From: Candidatus Limnocylindrales bacterium
GTDB taxonomy: Bacteria; Chloroflexota; Limnocylindria; Limnocylindrales; CSP1-4
Direction: 5' to 3'
Length of the DNA stretch: 55,533 nucleotides
Assembly (NCBI GenBank): GCA_036561685.1
Contig: DATBOX010000162.1
Location: 1-55,533, forward strand
The notes beneath the pieces were generated by a model, which was not told the origin of the DNA, searched no databases, and worked only from the letters and a program-made list of their open reading frames with translations. Positions 51,763-55,533 of this stretch are shown here, piece by piece (within the stretch, counting starts at the first letter, position 1; the number at the start of each line of letters is the position of its first letter). The translations under genes were made by a program, and so were the position numbers.

Positions 51763-51853
51763 GGGCCGTTCGGACCGATTCAGAGGGACTCACCGCTCCC
51801 GCCCGGGAGGCGCCGGGCGGGCGGCCGAACGGCCCCCGCGAAGGCGCCCTTCG
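51763..51853. other. Nested GC-rich inverted repeats (possible structured leader or protein-binding region)
   Basis: Outer 11-bp arms are GGGCCGTTCGG (51763-51773) and CCGAACGGCCC (51825-51835). They enclose a 9-bp hairpin, CCCGCCCGG (51798-51806) and CCGGGCGGG (51813-51821). A further CGAAGG-CGC-CCTTCG hairpin follows at 51839-51853. Confidence 0.5.
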
Positions 51854-51903
51854 GCACTCCCCCATCTCCCCACCCGCACGTACGGTCTGGTCGGAGGTGG
51901 TCG

Positions 51904-52149
51904 GTGGTCAGCGCCGTCAACCAGGTGTTCCAGCCCCTCGACATCGACGCCGCCCACTGCAAGGGCTGCGGACTCTGTATCGACGTCTGCCCCCATCACC
52001 TGCTCGAGCTGGACACGTCGATCGTGAACGAGCTCGGCTATCACCCCACCCGGCTGACCGACGCCGCGGCCTGCACAAGCTGCGTCCTCTGCGCCCGTGT
52101 CTGTCCCGACGCCGTCTTCACCGTCTTCGCTCGCCCGAAGGGGACGTGA
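51904..52149 (+). CDS. 2x[4Fe-4S] ferredoxin-type delta subunit of 2-oxoacid:ferredoxin oxidoreductase
   Basis: 81 aa from GTG 51904, with GGAGG 6 nt upstream (in frame within track ORF 51736..52149). Motifs: [12 protein letters not shown] and [12 protein letters not shown]. Confidence 0.8.
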   Translation: MVSAVNQVFQPLDIDAAHCKGCGLCIDVCPHHLLELDTSIVNELGYHPTRLTDAAACTSCVLCARVCPDAVFTVFARPKGT

Positions 52150-52150
52150 G

Positions 52151-53307
52151 ATGGTCCTCATGACGACCGCCACCGTGGCACCCGCCGGCCAGGCCGCCGA
52201 AGCCGTCCGCCCGGTCCTGATGAAGGGCAACGAGGCGATGGCGGAGGCCGCCATCCAGGCCGGCTGCGAGGCCTACTTCGGCTACCCCATCACGCCGCAG
52301 GCGGAGCTGCTGGAGTGGATGGCGCGCCGCATGCCGGAGCTCGGCCGGGTCTTCGTGCAGGCGGAGAGCGAGCTAGGGGCGATCAACATGGCCCTCGGCG
52401 CGGCGGCCACCGGGGCACGTGTCCTGGCCTCGTCGTCAAGCCCCGGCATCAGCCTCATGGCCGAGGCGATGAGCTACATGGCCGGCTCGGAAGTGCCGAT
52501 GGTGCTCATCAACGTCATGCGAGGCGGGCCCGGGCTCGGCAGCATCGGGCCGTCGCAGGCCGACTACTTCCAGGCCACCAAGGGCCACGGCCACGGCGAC
52601 TACCGGCTGCCGGTGCTGGCCCCCTCGTCCATCGCCGAGGCGGTCGCCCTCACGGCCGATGCCTTCGAGGTCGCCGAGCGGTACCGGACCCCCGTCATCA
52701 TCCTGGCCGACGGCGTGATGGGCCAGGCCATGGAGCCGGTCGTGCCCGTCTACCGGACGCCGCCTCGCGAGTCGGCGGGATGGGAGCTCACCGGGGCCGT
52801 CGGGCGCGAGCCGCGGGTCGTCCGCTCCCTGCACCTCCGCCCGGAGGAGCTGGAGGCCCACAACCACCACCTGCAGGCCAAGTTCGCCGCCATCGCCGAG
52901 CACGAGGTGCGCTGGGCGGTCGAGGACCTCGACGACGCCGACGTCGTGATCGTCGCCTACGGCACGTCGGCCCGTGTCGCCCGCACGGCGGTCGAGCGGG
53001 CCCGCGAGCAGGGCGTCCGCGCCGGCATCTTCCGGCCCATCAGCCTGTGGCCCTTCCCCTCGGCCGAACTGGCCGCCGTCGCCTTGGGCGCGCGCGCGGT
53101 CGTCGTCGTCGAGATGTCGGCCGGGCAGATGGTGGAGGACGTGCGCCTGGCGCTCGGGGGCCGCACGCCGATCTTCTTCCAGGGTCGCACCGGCGGCATG
53201 GTGCCGACGCCGAGCGAGGTGGTCGAGGCGGTGGTCCACGCCGCCGCGGTGACGGCCCCGCACCTGGCCGGCCATCCCGTGTCTGATGACGAGAAGGCGG
53301 AGATCCG

Positions 53308-53311
<4 letters not shown>
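52151..53311 (+). CDS. 2-oxoacid:ferredoxin oxidoreductase alpha subunit
   Basis: 386 aa from ATG 52151, 1 nt after the delta-subunit TGA stop (52147-52149). Motifs: [27 protein letters not shown] and [16 protein letters not shown]. Confidence 0.9.
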
Positions 53312-54099
<788 letters not shown>

Positions 54100-54101
54100 C
54101 C

Positions 54102-54692
54102 ATGCAGCACGCGACGGTCTTCAGCGGGTTCGGCGGCCAGGGGCTGCTGTTCGCCGGGAAGGTCCTGGCGGAAGCTGCCGTCATCGAGGGCCGCGACGTG
54201 TCGTGGATGCCCTCGTACGGCCCCGAGATGCGCGGCGGCACGGCTTCCTGCACGGTCATCATCGCCGACCGCCCCATCGGCTCGCCGATCGTGGATGCGG
54301 CGGAGAGCGTGGTCGCCCTCAACCCGCCGTCGCTCGCCAAGTTCGAGCCGTTGCTGGTCCCCGGCGGCCTCCTCATCATCAACGCCTCACTCGTCGAGGC
54401 GGAGCCACGCCGGGCGGACATCGAGGCGGTCCCGATCGCCTGCTCCGCCCTGGCACGGGAGGCCGGTGACGATCGTTTCGTCAGCATCGTCGCCCTCGGC
54501 GCGCTCATCGCGCGACGGCCGATCGTCAGCGCGGCCTCCATCCGGGAGGCGCTTGGCGTGGTGCTGGGCGACCGTCCGGCGCTCGTGGCGGCCGACTTCG
54601 CGGCGTTCGAGCGCGGTCATCAAGCGGCGTCGAGCGCGGTCATCAAGCGGCGTCGAGCGCGCTGGAGGTACCGGCGTAGACTCAGGCCGTGA
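54102..54692 (+). CDS. 2-oxoacid:ferredoxin oxidoreductase gamma subunit; the 3' end is altered by a 23-bp tandem duplication
   Basis: 196 aa from ATG 54102. Motifs: FSGFGGQGLLFAGKVLAEAA and SYGPEMRGGTASCTVII. The last 17 aa (VIKRRRARWRYRRRLRP) arise from the frameshifting duplication at 54609-54654. Confidence 0.85.
   Translation: MQHATVFSGFGGQGLLFAGKVLAEAAVIEGRDVSWMPSYGPEMRGGTASCTVIIADRPIGSPIVDAAESVVALNPPSLAKFEPLLVPGGLLIINASLVEAEPRRADIEAVPIACSALAREAGDDRFVSIVALGALIARRPIVSAASIREALGVVLGDRPALVAADFAAFERGHQAASSAVIKRRRARWRYRRRLRP
54609..54661 (+). repeat. Perfect tandem direct repeat, 23-bp unit GAGCGCGGTCATCAAGCGGCGTC, 2.3 copies
   Basis: Units at 54609-54631 and 54632-54654 are identical, and the next 7 nt repeat the unit start. 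Confidence 0.9.
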
Positions 54693-55183
54693 GCGGGCAG
54701 GCCCCACGATCGGGTCAGACAAGCCTTGGCAGGACGGGCGACGCCGCGCGCATGCGGCAGGCCGTCCAGGGACCGGTCCGCGTCGAGCGCGCCCCGGAGG
54801 CCCTGGGAGGCGACACCGCCACGTGGCTCGGGGAGCGCGTCTCGGACCCGCGGCCGGGCCTGCGCAGCTTCCGCTGTGACTTCGAGATCGACACCCGGAC
54901 CGGCACCGACCGGGCGCTACACGCGTCGGCGCTGGTGACCCTAGGCCAGGTCACGCCGTCGGACACGGGCTGGACGCTCGTCGTCGAGTGGCGCCCCGGC
55001 GACGCCACGGCCCGCCTCCCGGTCTTCACCGGCCAGCTCAACGTGGGGCCGGGTCGCCTCGAGCTCGTCGGCTACTACACCCCACCGGGCGGACACCGCC
55101 GGACGTCCGATGTCGCGCCCCCTGACACCGCCACCGAGGCCGCCGGGCGCTGGTTCCTGCGCCGCGTGGCGGCCGTCCTCTAG
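54689..55183 (+). CDS. Hypothetical protein
   Basis: Track ORF of 164 aa (GTG overlaps the gamma-subunit stop). G/C third-position bias becomes convincing only from about the ATG at 54752, so the start may be there (143 aa). I recognise no motif. Confidence 0.5.
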   Translation: MSGQAPRSGQTSLGRTGDAARMRQAVQGPVRVERAPEALGGDTATWLGERVSDPRPGLRSFRCDFEIDTRTGTDRALHASALVTLGQVTPSDTGWTLVVEWRPGDATARLPVFTGQLNVGPGRLELVGYYTPPGGHRRTSDVAPPDTATEAAGRWFLRRVAAVL

Positions 55184-55192
55184 GCCGCCGCC

Positions 55193-55471
55193 CTAGTAGG
55201 CGATCTCGTCCGCCTGCGGGAGGCGGAGGGTATGGACGTCCTCGGAGCCGGACCCGATCCGCACCGACACGTCCCAGTAGCCCTGGCCCTCCTTGATGCC
55301 CATGTCCATGACCGGCCCGGTGACCACCAGCCGGGCCACGGCCTCGTCGCCGCGCGCGTAGCGCACCTGCGTCTCGGTCGGCCCGTACCGGTCCACGCTG
55401 CGGACCGTGAGGTCCCCGGGCGAGCAGCCGATGAGGCCCGCCAGCCAGGTCCTCGCATCCCATGTGGCCAC
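55193..55471 (-). CDS. Hypothetical small protein
   Basis: 92 aa with a GTG start and AAGGAG 7 nt upstream. The composition is balanced and non-repetitive. I recognise no motif. Confidence 0.55.
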   Translation of the reverse strand: MATWDARTWLAGLIGCSPGDLTVRSVDRYGPTETQVRYARGDEAVARLVVTGPVMDMGIKEGQGYWDVSVRIGSGSEDVHTLRLPQADEIAY

Positions 55472-55533
55472 GTGGAGACTCCTTAGAGGACCGGCGCGAT
55501 CTGCGGCGGAGCCCCTAGCATCGGCGGTCCCGC

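Overview
This is a 55.5-kb, very GC-rich bacterial chromosomal segment (third codon positions are almost uniformly G/C; exact GC not computed). The style is actinobacterial or Chloroflexi-like, but the taxon cannot be fixed from sequence alone. I call 58 protein-coding genes, one cut by the window edge. I found no rRNA, tRNA, CRISPR array, transposase, integrase or phage genes. Genes sit in six strand blocks and are packed very tightly, with many start/stop overlaps (ATGA, GTGA, TGATG), so most of the window is a few long operons.

Content from left to right:
(i) 1-5950 (-): a cupin, then a CoxG/FAD/2Fe-2S/Mo xanthine-dehydrogenase-family hydroxylase whose Mo subunit is split into two cistrons, an ABM-like protein and a KDG-type kinase.
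(ii) 5953-16123 (-): a LacI-headed operon mixing sugar-acid and CoA chemistry (Eda, SDRs, creatininase-family, FAH, AroE-like, LLM oxidoreductase, crotonase, CoA-transferase, DHDPS-family aldolase).
(iii) 16134-22587 (-): aldehyde dehydrogenase, GMC oxidoreductase with a small subunit, MBL hydrolase, SDR and transaldolase.
(iv) 22641-32103 (+): the most unusual unit. It is an eight-gene, translationally coupled operon joining a second XDH-family Mo hydroxylase to two phosphohistidine swivel-domain proteins, an HPr-kinase-like P-loop protein, an ABM monooxygenase and a GntR regulator. One swivel protein is PpsA-like and lacks an ATP-grasp. The other is PPDK-like, lacks the PEP/pyruvate barrel and has an unassigned C-terminal module.
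(v) An ArsR-SRPBCC pair, a RibD_C-type reductase, and a GNAT / phosphotriesterase-family / FAD-oxidoreductase / SDR operon.
(vi) 37861-51690 (-): a HutC-type-regulated sugar ABC uptake and catabolic island (ROK, SIS, DeoC, xylose-isomerase-like TIM barrel, two Gfo/Idh/MocA dehydrogenases), headed by an OYE/FadH-type flavoenzyme.
(vii) 51904-54692 (+): a four-subunit 2-oxoacid:ferredoxin oxidoreductase whose gamma-subunit 3' end carries a frameshifting 23-bp tandem duplication, followed by two hypothetical genes.

All functional calls come from reading motifs in the supplied translations. No database search was possible, so family names are recognitions, not hits.
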